NCBI GenBank assembly: GCA_002269645.1
Contig: NIVC01000139.1
Span: 62,001 to 126,000 of the forward strand
DNA: 64,000 nt
Source: Macrostomum lignano
Taxonomy: Eukaryota
Direction of reading: 5' to 3'
Below are positions 37,379 through 50,904 of this stretch, piece by piece (position 1 is the stretch's first letter; every line of letters begins with the position of its first letter). The notes below the pieces were generated by a model. That model saw nothing but the letters and a program-made list of their open reading frames with translations. It searched no databases and was not told the origin of the DNA. Both the position numbers and the translations under genes were made by a program.

Positions 37379-38621
37379 GTCATATACAAAGTGAAAATTA
37401 TGTCACAATCAGGGAAACTAAGTTGAAATTGGGAGGAATTAAGTCGCAAATCTAGACAAAACAAAGCTGCACTGGATAGGTGAAATTTTGAAGTTGGGCA
37501 TGTATGTGGCAACCTATACTACTGGTATATAGGGAGAGACTAGAGAGTCCCTCAGAGTCCCAGAGTATCCTACTCTAGTCTATGCCACTGTTTTTGAAGT
37601 ACCAGAATTGCCTACAAATGCTGCATCTCTACTTGGCCTAGGGCCACTACTACCATTATCTGCTAAGATTTCTGCTTTAGACATTAGTGATATAGTTCAA
37701 TTACATATTCAAGGCAAACAAACAGCTAAGGATTGTAATTATTTCATGAAAGAGGTTTTAAAAGTTTTTAAAAGCTACAAGCTTCTTTTCACTAAGGCAA
37801 CCTAGTAATATCTCTTCAATCATATATAGCTATCTGGGAGGCAAGTATCTAAAAAAGGCTTAATAGTAAAGATGAAGATCTTACCTTTAGATTTTACCAT
37901 AGTTATTATATTTAAGGCCTATAATAACTGACTAATTTTTTTGAGATGGCCTAATTATAAGTATTTTAATATTTTATCATCATTGTAGAGTTTATTTTTT
38001 AATTTTTGGTCCTGAATTTAACAATTTTATAGTTTTTATAAAATTTAATAAAAAATAAGAATTACTTATTGATAGATTAATTGACAGCCCTTTAAGCATA
38101 CAAAGCAAGTTTATCAATTTATGCTATATTAGACCAATAAAAAATAAATATTAAGATAATCAGTTTCATTTATAATTTTAATCTAAACTAAACAGCATTA
38201 GATAAACAATCAATTATACATACACTAAGCCTAAATTATATATAGGCTTTTGTTTAGTTAATGCATTATTTTAACTAAATTAAATAAGACTTTAAGATAA
38301 AAAATATGATTTGAATATGATTTGAATGATATGAAATATAATTATGTTGATGTTCAATAAAAAATAATAAAATAAATTGGTCTAAATTTAAATATAGTTA
38401 TGAAAAGTAATAAAGTAAATTTAATAATTTAATATCTAATTAGATAATAGATTTTAATAAAAAAATGGGACTTCTTCAAGTTTATGTTGATAAATTAGTT
38501 GCAACATTGACAGGATCAAATATTTTTTCTATGAAAGTTTTTGATAGTGCTGATTTCAAATTTGAGTTTCATTTTTTGGTAGCTTAAACCCAACTATATG
38601 TAGCTTAAAACCAACTACTAA

Positions 38622-39225
38622 GGCATGGAAAATGGGGGTTTTAGGATAGAGAGATTCTTCATAGGGATTGATTTTATCAACATAAACTTGAAAAAAGGCA
38701 TGGAGACCTATTCAAGATAGTGTTAATAAATTCTAGACTCACGTGGAGGGGTAGACCTTATTTACCAAGAGGTCAATAACTAAATACTAGGGCATGGGGA
38801 ATAGGATGAGGGTTTTAAGGATAGGGGATTCTTCATAGGGGTTGATTTTATCAACATAAACTTAAATAAAGGCATAGAGACCTATTCAAAATAGTGCTGA
38901 TAACTTTTAGACTTGGGGGATAGGTAGGCCTAGTAGACCTTAAAGCCTACCAAAAGGTCAATGACCAAATACTGGGGCATGGAGAATGGGTGTTTTAGGA
39001 TGGAGATGGAGATCCTTGATGGGAGTTGATTCTATTGACATTAACTTGAATAAAGGACTAGAGACCTATTCAAGGTGTTAATAAATTCTAGATTTAAGAG
39101 AAAAGGGGTGGACTTTGCCAAAAAGGCCAATGATCAACTATCAGGGCATGGAATAAGATGAGGGATTTTTGGGTGGGGGATTCTTCATAGAGGTGATTTT
39201 ATCAATGTAGACTTGAATATTACAG
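38622..39225. repeat. Diverged tandem satellite with 169/185-bp units in an alternating A-B pattern
   Basis: ggcatgg unit starts at 38622, 38791, 38976 and 39145; shared core ttttatcaacataaacttgaa...gagacctattcaa. Confidence 0.75.
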
Positions 39226-41759
39226 ACATTTATAGTACAATTGATTACTTACATCATTAAATCATTCAGTAAAATGCATTAATATAGAACATAACCACAA
39301 AGGTAGCAACAAATCAGAATGCAAGAGACAAGTGCTCAGTGCATTGTGGATGTGGCAAATTTTTAGAAACCATGATGTGGCAATGATAGTCAGCTATTTA
39401 TTATTAGGGTATAAAAAGTCTAATTCACTCAAAGAAATTTATAAAACTTTTTCTTGATTCTACAAATTTAACTCTATTCTACAAAGTTTGAGCAGTTGTT
39501 TTTAATTGATCACATACCTACCTACCCACATATCTATGGATAGACCATTTTTAGTATATAGACTAAACTTTTTTTTTAGAGGCAAGGGGGTTGTGTGCAC
39601 CCTGGCGCACTTTAAGCAACATAGGCACACAACCGGCGAGAGGCATTACTGCCCATTCTGCCGACTCCCCTGAGCAGGCATACAAGCGCGCGGATAGGCC
39701 TACGTTATGCAGGCACACACTCACACAGGAGTGTACAGCGGCCCTAACTTTATCAATTGTTAGGCATGTACACTTCACTGCGCCTTGGGGGGTTGGCTCT
39801 CAAGGCCATTAATTGCACAAGCGAGCCAAGCCGAAATTCCAATTCAGCCCCAAATTAATGTGGCTGCACTTGGAATCGAGCCTGGGTTGCGGCACACTAG
39901 AGCAGCTGCGCTACCGCTGGGCTATGGCCCCCCTTAGACTAAACTTTAATGTTATAACTATTTTAGGCAAATTTTATATGCCAAAACAAAATATGAAAAC
40001 ACAATAAAAATATTGTAAGTTAGCCGCTTAGCCCTATAACTATTATATATTACTGCATGTTTTGTAAGCCCTAGGCTGAGCAAACAATTTACAAACAAAA
40101 GTTAATTATTAAATATAATTATATAGATAAAAGATAGGCCTACTAATATCTGAATAAGGCCTATTATTTCAGTTTATTTGGTTCATTCTAATTTTCTAAT
40201 TCTCTAGTCTAGATAAAGCTCTAAAAAGTGCATGCATGCTATACTTCTTTGAAGACACAGCAACAAAGCCAAACGTGCCAGCTTGCCCTAACTAAGCACG
40301 ATTTTTTTTTACTTTTCAAGGATCCATTCGCCTTTCCTAATGATGATCGATCTAACTCGATTCTAAAAAACAAAGCTAGTCATTGTACACTGTACGTATG
40401 AAACATTCGCCGACACTTATTCAGACACTTCTACAGACACTTTATTTTCTGTCGTACGGTTAGGAACAAGCATTAAATTTGTCTAGGACACTTCCTAATT
40501 CATATTTAATGAAATAAAGCAGTCCATGCATAGTTTTAATTTTGCAATTTTGTTTTTGTGCACTCGTTCCAGACTTTCAAATTATGGCTTTTATCGCGTA
40601 GTGTGCGTGCATGCATCGTGTACAACGATTAGCTGCAGCGTGCTAAATAGTTCAATTAGGTATTAAAAGCGTACAAGGTATTTGTACAATAGTATTTGTA
40701 CATTTTAGTTGAAGTTAAAAGTTCAAGCTTTTAGTGAATCATTGGAAAATAAAACTATCCGTTTTAAATCGTGCAACATATTGTTTTGTCTCGGACATTT
40801 GTGACACTGTCACTTAGGGTTGCAAGGTTTTTTAAAAGAGAAACTGTTGCTTTTCCAATGCTGAAGTATTTGTGTTGTATGGATCAGGGTTTTTCGTCAA
40901 AATTTGGATGCATGTATACATCTAAACATATAAAAATGATCAAGGTTGAAGATTACCCTATGGTATAACTGTTTTCTCCATTTTACTATTTCAAAGTGCC
41001 CACGTGAAGTTAGATTTAGCATGCCAGCCTTAAAAAATAAAAAAATCTACATAGTGTAGAATTGTATACTCTTTTATTTAAGACTATATTATATTCCCAA
41101 TATATTTGCTTAGATAAATCGAAAAGTATTTACTTTACTTGAAAAAAATAATGTTCACTACAAATATTTCAATGTAGAAACCAGGAAACATAAACCTATC
41201 AAGTGTTATATAGAAATGAAGGATAAAGATATGGATAGAATACAATAAAGCCATTGTGGGCATTAAATATAAAACAAAAGAATCACTTAAGGCAAAATTT
41301 GAAAAAAGTGAATTTTTGGCATGCTCCAAGAAAAGAGGCTTATAATTTGAAATATTTTTGCTTTTGTTTGACAAAAAATATGTATAGATTTATACTTTTG
41401 GGCAAGGTTTATTTTCTCTTAAAATTCTAATTGTAAATTTGCCAGTAAGCTTAAAAATTGTTGTAAGTTGAAGCTCAAATAAAATTAGTCTTAACTCCAA
41501 TCTGACTTTCCAAAGTAAATCCCTAAATTATTTGTTACAATTGCTTTAAAAACTTGCCATTTCATTTATTCATTAATCAAAATTTTGTTCTAGAAACTGA
41601 TACCTATAGAAGGTTTTTAGTTTTTAAGAAATCTAGTAACTAGTGTCAGAGAAATATGTTTATGTAGGTTTTATATATATATATCAACCTTATATATAAA
41701 AAAGGTTGCACACTGAGATTTAAATACAGCTTCTAACATGTGTGTCCAGAGGTGAGATT

Positions 41760-44625
41760 GTGGCCAACTGCACACCAATAGCATACCAACTCTATACCAA
41801 ATCCATACTGACATGCCAACTGTATACCAACTGTATACAAACACCATATCAACTCCATACCAACTGCATACCAACCCCATACCAATATGCCAACTGCATA
41901 CCAACTCCATACCAATATGCCAACTGCATACCAACTCCATACCAACATGCCAACTGCATACCAACTACATACCAACATGCCAACTGCATACCAACACCAT
42001 ACCAACTCCATACCAACTGCATACCAACTGCATACCAACTCCATACCAACTACATACCAACATGCCAACTGCATACCAACACCATACCAACTCCATACCA
42101 ACTGCATACCAACTCCATACCAACTATACTCCAACATGCCAACTGTATACCTACACCATACCAACTGTATGCCAACTGCATACCAACTCCATACCAACAT
42201 GCCAACTGCATACCAACTCCATACCAACATGCCAACTGCATACCAACTACATACCAACATGCCAACTGCATACCAACACCATACCAACTCCATACCAACT
42301 GCATACCAACTGCATACCAACTCTATACCAACTACATACCAACATGCCAACTGCATACCAACACCATACCAACTCCATACCAACTGCATACCAACTCCAT
42401 ACCAACTATACTCCAACATGCCAACTGTATACCTACACCATACCAACTGTATGCCAACTGCATACCAACTCCATACCAACATGCCAACTGCATACCAACT
42501 CCATACCAACTGCATACCAACTCCATACCAACATGCCAACTGCATACCAACTCCATACCAACTGCATACCAACTACATACCAACATGCCAACTGCATACC
42601 AACACCATACCAACTCCATACCAACTACATACCAACATGCCAACTGCATACCAACACCATACCAACTGCATACCAACTCCATACCAACATGCCAACTGCA
42701 TACCAACTCCATACCAACATGCCAACTGCATACCAACTACATACCAACATGCCAACTGCATACCAACACCATACCAACTCCATACCAACTGCATACCAAC
42801 TGCATACCAACTCCATACCAACTACATACCAACATGCCAACTGCATACCAACACCATACCAACTCCATACCAACTGCATACCAACTCCATACCAACTATA
42901 CTCCAACATGCCAACTGTATACCTACACCATACCAACTGTATGCCAACTGCATACCAACTCCATACCAACATGCCAACTGCATACCAACTCCATACCAAC
43001 ATGCCAACTGCATACCAACTCCATACCAACATGCCAACTGCATACCAACTACATACCAACTGCATACCAACTACATACCAACATGCCAACTGCATACCAA
43101 CACCATACCAACTCCATACCAACTACATACCAACATGCCAACTGCATACCAACACCATACCAACTGCATACCAACTCCATACCAACATGCCAACTGCATA
43201 CCAACTACATACCAACATGCCAACTGCATACCAACACCATACCAACTCCATACCAACTGCATACCAACTCCATACCAACTATACTCCAACATGCCAACTG
43301 TATACCTACACCATACCAACTGTATGCCAACTGCATACCAACTCCATACCAACATGCCAACTGCATACCAACTCCATACCAACTGCATACCAACTCCATA
43401 CCAACATGCCAACTGCATACCAACTCCATACCAACTGCATACCAACTACATACCAACATGCCAACTGCATACCAACACCATACCAACTCCATACCAACTA
43501 CATACCAACATGCCAACTGCATACCAACACCATACCAACTGCATACCAACTCCATACCAACATGCCAACTGCATACCAACTACATACCAACATGCCAACT
43601 GCATACCAACACCATACCAACTCCATACCAACTGCATACCAACTGCATACCAACTCCATACCAACTACATACCAACATGCCAACTGCATACCAACACCAT
43701 ACCAACTCCATACCAACTGCATACCAACTCCATACCAACTATACTCCAACATGCCAACTGTATACCTACACCATACCAACTGTATGCCAACTGCATACCA
43801 ACTCCATACCAACATGCCAACTGCATACCAACTCCATACCAACATGCCAACTGCATACCAACTCCATACCAACATGCCAACTGCATACCAACTACATACC
43901 AACTGCATACCAACTACATACCAACATGCCAACTGCATACCAACACCATACCAACTCCATACCAACTACATACCAACATGCCAACTGCATACCAACACCA
44001 TACCAACTGCATACCAACTCCATACCAACATGCCAACTGCATACCAACTACATACCAACATGCCAACTGCATACCAACACCATACCAACTCCATACCAAC
44101 TGCATACCAACTCCATACCAACTACATACCAACATGCCAACTGCATACCAACACCATACCAACTCCATACCAACTGCATACCAACTCCATACCAACTATA
44201 CTCCAACATGCCAACTGTATACCTACACCATACCAACTGTATGCCAACTGCATACCAACTCCATACCAACATGCCAACTGCATACCAACTACATACCAAC
44301 ATGCCAACTGCATACCAACACCATACCAACTCCATACCAACTGCATACCAACTGCATACCAACTCCATACCAACTACATACCAACATGCCAACTGCATAC
44401 CAACACCATACCAACTCCATACCAACTGCATACCAACTGCATACCAACTCCATACCAACTATATTCCAACATGCCAACTGTATACCTACACCATACCAAC
44501 TGTATGCCAACTGCATACCAACTCCATACCAACATGCCAACTGCATACCAACTCCATACCAACTCCATACCAACATGCCAACTGCATACCAACTCCATAC
44601 CAACATACTAACTACATACCAACAT
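41760..44625 (+). repeat. CCAAC-core minisatellite array in the left TIR (about 2.9 kb)
   Basis: Variant 8-11-bp units: CCAACTGCATA, CCAACTCCATA, CCAACTACATA, CCAACACCATA, CCAACATG. Confidence 0.95.
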
Positions 44626-44701
44626 GACAACTTATATTATGCCACACTAAACGAAAACATGGCAAATTCATACCATTGTTTCATGTTTCAGGCTTCTTTG
44701 C

Positions 44702-47179
44702 ATGGCAGCGAAGAAAAGTGTGAACGACACTTCTGAAGCCATTAGCGGTGACCATTCAGGTGCTGCTGGTGCACAAGTTTTTTCTGCTGGAGGTTTTTTT
44801 GTGGAATCATGCATATCAACTAATCTCTTCGTGAATCACTTTGATACAAGAACTTGTAAACTTAAGCCTTCTTGGTTGGATCAAGTCATTTATCCACTGT
44901 TAAGACAGCATGGTGAGTATTGTCAGTTCTCAGTTAATAAGGTTAGACTGCGTGCATTTAAGCGCCATAGGAAGGACTGCAGTTTTCTTTGGATGCGCCT
45001 AGTCTGTGCCGAAGGCTCTGGTTGCAGTATGGCATTCGTCGTCACCTTAAACAAGGCGCCGACTGATGGGCAGTCCTCTACACTGACGCTACGAAGAATC
45101 TCAGAGCACTCGGGGCATGATGTTCCATCAAGTTGTTCCTCTTATCGCTATCTGTTGCAACGAGGTTCACAAGAGTGCCGTAACTTTGTTTTATCTCAGG
45201 CCACCAACCCTGCTGCCAAGCCAACGCAGATCTATGTGAAAGCAATCGAGCTGTTTGGTAGCGAAGCATGCTCTCTATCTGCTGTCCGTACAACTGTTAG
45301 TCGGACAAAAGCTGCCGACGACAAGTCTCCAGACGACATAAGAGATTTAAGACTCCAAATGAAAGACTGGAAGTTGACTATAAACGAGGATGGAGTCATT
45401 AGCGGCTATATCCAAAAGATTGACGTTGCACCAGTTAGTGTGATTCTCCATACCTCCATGCAGTTGGATTTGCTTCGCGACGTGCTGAAAGGCAATCAGC
45501 TTGCTCCTCTCCACTTAGACGCCACCGGCGGAATTGTGCGACAGACCCAGAACGTGCCGAGCACTGTACTTCTGTGCAGTGCTGTTGTTGCAACCCCGGA
45601 TATAAAGAGAACAGCTGTATCAGAAAGCATCATGGAGGTCACGCGCTCGGAAAATGTGTCCAGTTGGCTAATGCATTTTTTAGCAGATTTCGCTCGTCAC
45701 TGCAACATAGGACTGTGGGAACTACCCAAGAAAGGTCCGCAAATCTACGTGTCTGACTTTAGCTGGGTTTTCATTCATGGTATTCTCCGAGCCGCATGCA
45801 CGACCTGTGTTACAGACTACCTGCGTGTACAGTACAATCGACTTCGGAGTGCTGATCTGAAGCCACCTGAATCTCCTGTTGTGTTTATCTGTAGCTCGCA
45901 TTTGCTGCGCGCTGTTGCCAGGACTTTGAAGTCACCAGATAAAATCGATAAGGTTACTTATCGCGAGTTCATGCTCTCTTTTGCACTATTAGTGACGTCG
46001 AAAACTTTGCGTTGCGCCCAAGCTGTTTGGAAGGCAATGGTCGAGGTGTTTACCTCCAGGCGGGTAAATCCTGCCACTTTGAAGGCTTTACAAATTCTAC
46101 ATGGTAGGTTCGACTTCAGTTCGTTGGAGATTCCTGATGAAAACCAAGTGGCTGAAGATTCTGCTAATGTCTCAAATGCAGTGCAAGAAGACGTCGCATT
46201 GGCTGAATTGGAGACTGGACTACGAGCCTCATCACCTTTTGCGAAGTACTTCAACGATTTGACAAGCGAAGTGACAGCAAGCGATGGCAATGGCGTGCTG
46301 AACAATCTTTTCTACCCTCAGGCTGTTCAGGTTGTATTGCGAAAGTGGATGCCACTGTTTCCTCTTTGGAGTGTGGCAGTGTTTGGAGGAAATCGTAGCG
46401 CACACGTGACCAACGCCGCTGTTGAATCATGGTTCAGCTGGTGCAAAAGCGAAGCACTGCCTTCTCCAAGTTCTCGGCTCAGGTTACCAAGATTTGTCCG
46501 TGCGCAACTAACAACCGTAAAACTGCAACTGAAGCGGTTGCAGCACGAGCAACATCCAATTCGCCCCCCAAAGCGTGCTAGAGGACGCAAATGTGGCTTT
46601 GATGCTCCGTTAAACCCACCTGGAGATCCCTGGAAAAGGTCAGGAGCCTCAAAAAGACGAAGAACCAGCTTCATTCAATCGGCATTATCAATTCCGCCAG
46701 CCGTTGCACCCACGACCTGTACTCTAGCTGCGCCTGCTGCAAGTGGGTCTCGCTTGGGCAGCCAGCCCGTCATTGTCCAGGTTCGGCCTGCTATTGCACC
46801 CACGACCTGTACTCTAGCTGCGCCTGCTGCAAGTGGGTCTCGCTCGGGCAGCCAGCCCGTCATTGTCCAGGTTCGGCCTGCTATTGCACCCACGACCTGT
46901 ACTCTAGCTGCGCCTGCTGCAAGTGGGTCTCGCTGGGGCAGCCAGCCCGTCATTGTCCAGGTTCGGCCTGCTATTGCACCCACGACCTGTACACTAGCTG
47001 CGCCTGCTGCAAGTGGGTCTCGCTGGGGCAGCCAGCCCGTCATTGTCCAGGTTCGGCCTGCTATTGCACCCACGACCTGTACACTAGCTGCGCCTGCTGC
47101 AAGTGGGTCTCGCTCGGGCATTTCACCTGCACCAACAGCACAGAATACCACCTGTCACAGCCTACCAGATGAGCAAATT
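44702..47179 (+). CDS. MULE/NOF-like DDE transposase (first exon of a putative transposase-USP fusion)
   Basis: LHLDATGG (D1), YVSDFSW (D2), FICSSH (CxxH) and AVESWF (E), uninterrupted. It ends in 30-aa repeats and a phase-0 donor ATT|gtgagt at 47180; the unspliced ORF stops at 47308. Confidence 0.85.
46702..47119 (+). repeat. 90-bp coding tandem repeat (about 4.6 x 30 aa, IAPTTCTLAAPAASGSRxGSQPVIVQVRPA)
   Basis: ttgcacccacg recurs at 46704, 46794, 46884, 46974 and 47064. Confidence 0.92.
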
Positions 47180-47715
47180 GTGAGTGATGAAATTGCATTT
47201 TTTCAGTTTAGAAATACCTTCAGTCAACCCTTGTATTGGTTTACGTATTGTGTATGCGCCGTACACTCACTCCGCCACAATTTGCGTCTCCCACTAGATC
47301 TGTCGTAGTAATGTATGTGCCATGTCTCAGCAACTTGTGGGTAAGGTGCAACCTTATCAATCAACTCTCTTTGTAGGCCTCCTCCGTCTCGACTGGCACA
47401 GGTATTTATATTGCACAATCCAACATGTTCCGTATGATGCACGTCTCTGTTACGTGATTGTTCTCTGATTAGAGATCTAAAGTTTATGATTCTATCATTT
47501 TTTTGCTTTTCGTGTCACCGATTATGCCCTTTTAAGTTTTACTAATTTCCATGAATTAGCATTCAACATGTTGCTTTCCATAAGTATTTGTACTTTTAAG
47601 TTTCGTTTCTTTTGCTTACGTCGAGGCGCCATTTTTTGTTGTTAAATGGATGTGACTGGGCTGTTCACTGGGACATTTTGATGGTAAATTCGTTCCTAAC
47701 CGCCAATTTTATTAG

Positions 47716-48796
47716 GACGCGCCGACACTGCAGTGTCATTTCCTGCACTATCGCCACGGTCGCCAGAGGGGCTACCGAATCCGACGGGCACGTATTGTGC
47801 TTTCAATGCCGCCAGTCAATGCTTGGTTGCAACATTAACGAGCGCACTATCGTGTGATGCAGATTCACCACTTGCATTGTTCCTTAACTGCCTAATGACA
47901 GGCAAAGACGTTCTGTTGCTGCATTCAGCCGCGTTTCAGTGGTGCAGTAAAGCATTTCATATGGATCCTATGGCACAAAACTGTGCCTTAGAGTTTCTGA
48001 CCGGAATGCTGTTTCTTTCTGAGCTCAAACTGCGATTCAGCTGCGAGGTAAGGGTGAACGGTTTATTAAGTTTATGACTATTTAAATGCGTTTTAGTAAA
48101 GTGATTTAAGCCTGCATCCTGAATCTAAATTTATTTGTAAGTTACCTTCGAAGACAGTATATACTTTGCTGGAAGGCAAAGAATACCTTTCAATCGCGCT
48201 TCCACTGTGTGTTGGTCTTCACAGTTGCACCATGAGTACTGTTCCTATCCATCTTTTTTATTTCGTAGATTTCTACAACTTTGAGTTGTTCCGCCTGTTT
48301 CAAAGTGACACGACTGCTACCTAGAGACACGGCAACTATTCTACGTTTATCAATTCCTGATCACGACGACTCGCTTGATTTCCCGGCACTCATTAGACAG
48401 TCACTGTTTTCTACTCAAGACCACACCGACATCCGTTGTCCGACTTGCGACGTCGGGGGGTGCAGCTATGCACAAACACTTGCAACAACGTCGGAGCACA
48501 TATGCATGGGAATTAGCCGAGTCTCTGTCAAGCGCAGAAAGGGACAAACTGTACTATTCGAGAAGAACACTAAAGTTGTACCCATCGAGATGAAGCTTAC
48601 TTTGAGTGGCAGAAGCTACAAGCTTCGTGCAGCCATCGTTCACATTGGTAGTCGCGTGAATAGTGGTCACTATATTGCATACGTATTCTGTGGCCGCACT
48701 AGCTACTGTGTCAGTGATTTGACTGTACGAAAAGTATCTTTGTCAGCGGCATTCAATGACGTGAAGCGAAACTGCTGCGCTCTTTTTTACGGCTAA
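47716..48796 (+). CDS. Ubiquitin-specific protease (C19/USP)-like domain, exons 47716-48047 and 48269-48796
   Basis: Cys box GLPNPTGTYCAFNAASQCL, QNCALEFL, Zn-ribbon CSAC...CPTCDVGGC, His box YKLRAAIVHIGSRVNSGHYIAYV, then VSDLTV and CALFY. Phase-0 intron GAG|gtaagg...tttcgtag|ATT. Confidence 0.8.
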
Positions 48797-49638
48797 CGTG
48801 CTGGTGATCTCCGTGTTATTAACATAATGTGGACGGTTTACTTATTTTCTTGAGTTTATTCGTGTTTGTAATGGTCTCATGCCGTTGAAAGTATAAATTC
48901 ATAACTGATGATCGTGCTGTGTAATGTATTTATAACAAAAACTTTTAACTGTGTTGAAAAGGTCTACATATATACATGTACGGATTTGCATTTTATAGTT
49001 TACCGCCATTTTAATTCTCTATTTTTCTGTATGCGCTAAAAGCTGGGACTAAACGCCGTTAGTAAACCGTTTAGACAACGTGAGTTCTAAAACTTATAGT
49101 GTCAACTATATACTCTTTTCTTGCAGCTAAATACTCTCCATTTGAGTATAATCGTAATTGTTTTTGGCCTGTGAAACCTGTACACCTGTCACTTATCACT
49201 TAGGCCAATAAATGTCACAAAAGAAAAAATTGTTCAACGAAATACGTGCCATGAAACATTCCTTTGCTTTATTTATCCGAAAGAATTTATTTCAACACAA
49301 GGACTGACAACTAATACGGGTAAAGGAAATGAAACTGTTCAAATATAAGTATAAACTACAATTAATCGTTCAAGGAAGTATAGATTAAAAACCACATAAG
49401 ATACTTGTCTCATAGTTACTACTACGCTGAAGTCATTCAACTACATACTTTGTTGCAATGAAAATTGTTGCATGGTACAATAGATAAGCCAATAAGCTAT
49501 ACGAACGGTATGACTTTGTTTAATGCTCGAATACCAGCGTTCTTATTTTCGTGCAAAAGAAGCTGGCAAACTCGCATAACGAACTCGCAAACTGAACAGA
49601 CACGCATCCGATATTCCGTCACGCATCATCCTAGTCTG

Positions 49639-50778
49639 TTACTCATGCCTCGTTCGCGAGCGCAATGACATCGCTGGTTGGACCGACCTTAAAGATCTCT
49701 GGGGCCTCTGCGATCTCCGACGCATTGGTTTTAGTGGTCCAAGAGCGGGACACTCGTACTGTTGGGACTGCCGCTGTTCATCCAGCTCGAGCTGCCGCTG
49801 CTCCTCTGGCAGTGCGAGTTGCCGTTGGCCGTCCTGTATCTGCGGATGCCGCTGTTCATCCAGCTCGAGCTGCCGCGGCTCCTCCTGCAATGCGAGTTGC
49901 CGTTGGCCGTCCTGTATCTGCGGATGCCGCTGTTCATCCAGCTCGAGCTGCCGCGGCTCCTCCTGCAGTGCGAGTTGCCGTTGGCCGTCCTGTATCTGCG
50001 GATGCCGCTGTTCATCCAGCTCGAGCTGCCGCGGCTCCTCCTGCAGTGCGAGTTGCCGTTGGCCGTCCTGTATCTGCGGATGCCGCTGTTCATCCAGCTC
50101 GAGCTGCCGCGGCTCCTGCAGTGCGAGTTGCCGTTGGCCGTCCTGTATCTGCGGATGCCGCTGTTCATCCAGCTCGAGATGCCGCTGCTCGTCTTGCAGC
50201 GCGTGCTGCCGCTGCTCCTCATCAGTTGGGCGTGATCGCCGCTGCATGAAACGCCGACGGTGCACAGTCGATTGTAGCTGACTGAAGCCGCGCGAGACAA
50301 CGAGCAGAGAACGAAGAACAGACACATCACATGAAGAAATAAGGAGCCGAAAGCTCTGCAAAACTTGCTTCCGCAGTCGCTTTGAACTTTGAAAATGGTG
50401 ACCCGGAACCTCTCGACGTAGGACAACTGACTGCGTCAGATGTGGCTTAGTTACACGCTGCAGCCAAGCAATGCCATTACCACGGTGGTCTTTGTTTCCA
50501 CAACCATATACACCGTGCAAAAATGCAACCTTGCTAGGATCGGTTATTAATTGGACAACAGACACTCGATCACGTCCGCACCTACGAAATCCGTCTCGCA
50601 CACGGATATTAGAATGATTAAATGAACGTGTGCAAACGCAAAGCCTCTGGCAAACCGACTGAATCGATAGTTCATCGCTGTTGTTGAACGTCACAATGAC
50701 AGGAAGAGAAGGGCATGGTAGGACCGCACCTACACAAGGCAGAACAGCATCTGGTGGGCCTTGTAATAACTGGTCCAT
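49639..50778 (-). CDS. Second MULE ORF, convergent with the transposase, with Gln/Glu-rich 26-aa repeats; function unknown
   Basis: 379-aa ORF beginning just inside the right TIR, in a mudrB-like position. The repeat region is open in several frames, so the coding frame is uncertain. Confidence 0.45.
   Translation of the reverse strand: MDQLLQGPPDAVLPCVGAVLPCPSLPVIVTFNNSDELSIQSVCQRLCVCTRSFNHSNIRVRDGFRRCGRDRVSVVQLITDPSKVAFLHGVYGCGNKDHRGNGIAWLQRVTKPHLTQSVVLRREVPGHHFQSSKRLRKQVLQSFRLLISSCDVSVLRSLLVVSRGFSQLQSTVHRRRFMQRRSRPTDEEQRQHALQDEQRHLELDEQRHPQIQDGQRQLALQEPRQLELDEQRHPQIQDGQRQLALQEEPRQLELDEQRHPQIQDGQRQLALQEEPRQLELDEQRHPQIQDGQRQLALQEEPRQLELDEQRHPQIQDGQRQLALPEEQRQLELDEQRQSQQYECPALGPLKPMRRRSQRPQRSLRSVQPAMSLRSRTRHE
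49770..50220. repeat. 78-bp tandem repeat (about 5.7 copies)
   Basis: gccgctgttcatccagctcgag recurs at 49770, 49848, 49926, 50004, 50082 and 50157. Confidence 0.92.
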
Positions 50779-50904
50779 GCATATGGAAGAGTGCGATTTT
50801 AGTCATCAAAAGAGTCAGGAAAGATGGCAACATGGCAGAAGTATCCCAAGAGTTGTACAAAAAGAGAACCTAAAAGTTCCTACGAGTCTCGCAATTTAAC
50901 ATTC

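Noticed and set aside
37092-37512. Lys/Arg/Glu-rich and Phe/Leu-rich ORFs
   Set aside because: Products of a purine-rich low-complexity tract.
41742-44736. Three overlapping 932-961-aa ORFs (and 302-359-aa mirror ORFs at 50870-51958)
   Set aside because: They are translations of a stop-free CCAAC minisatellite, open in all three frames and mirrored in the other TIR, so there is no evidence of protein coding.
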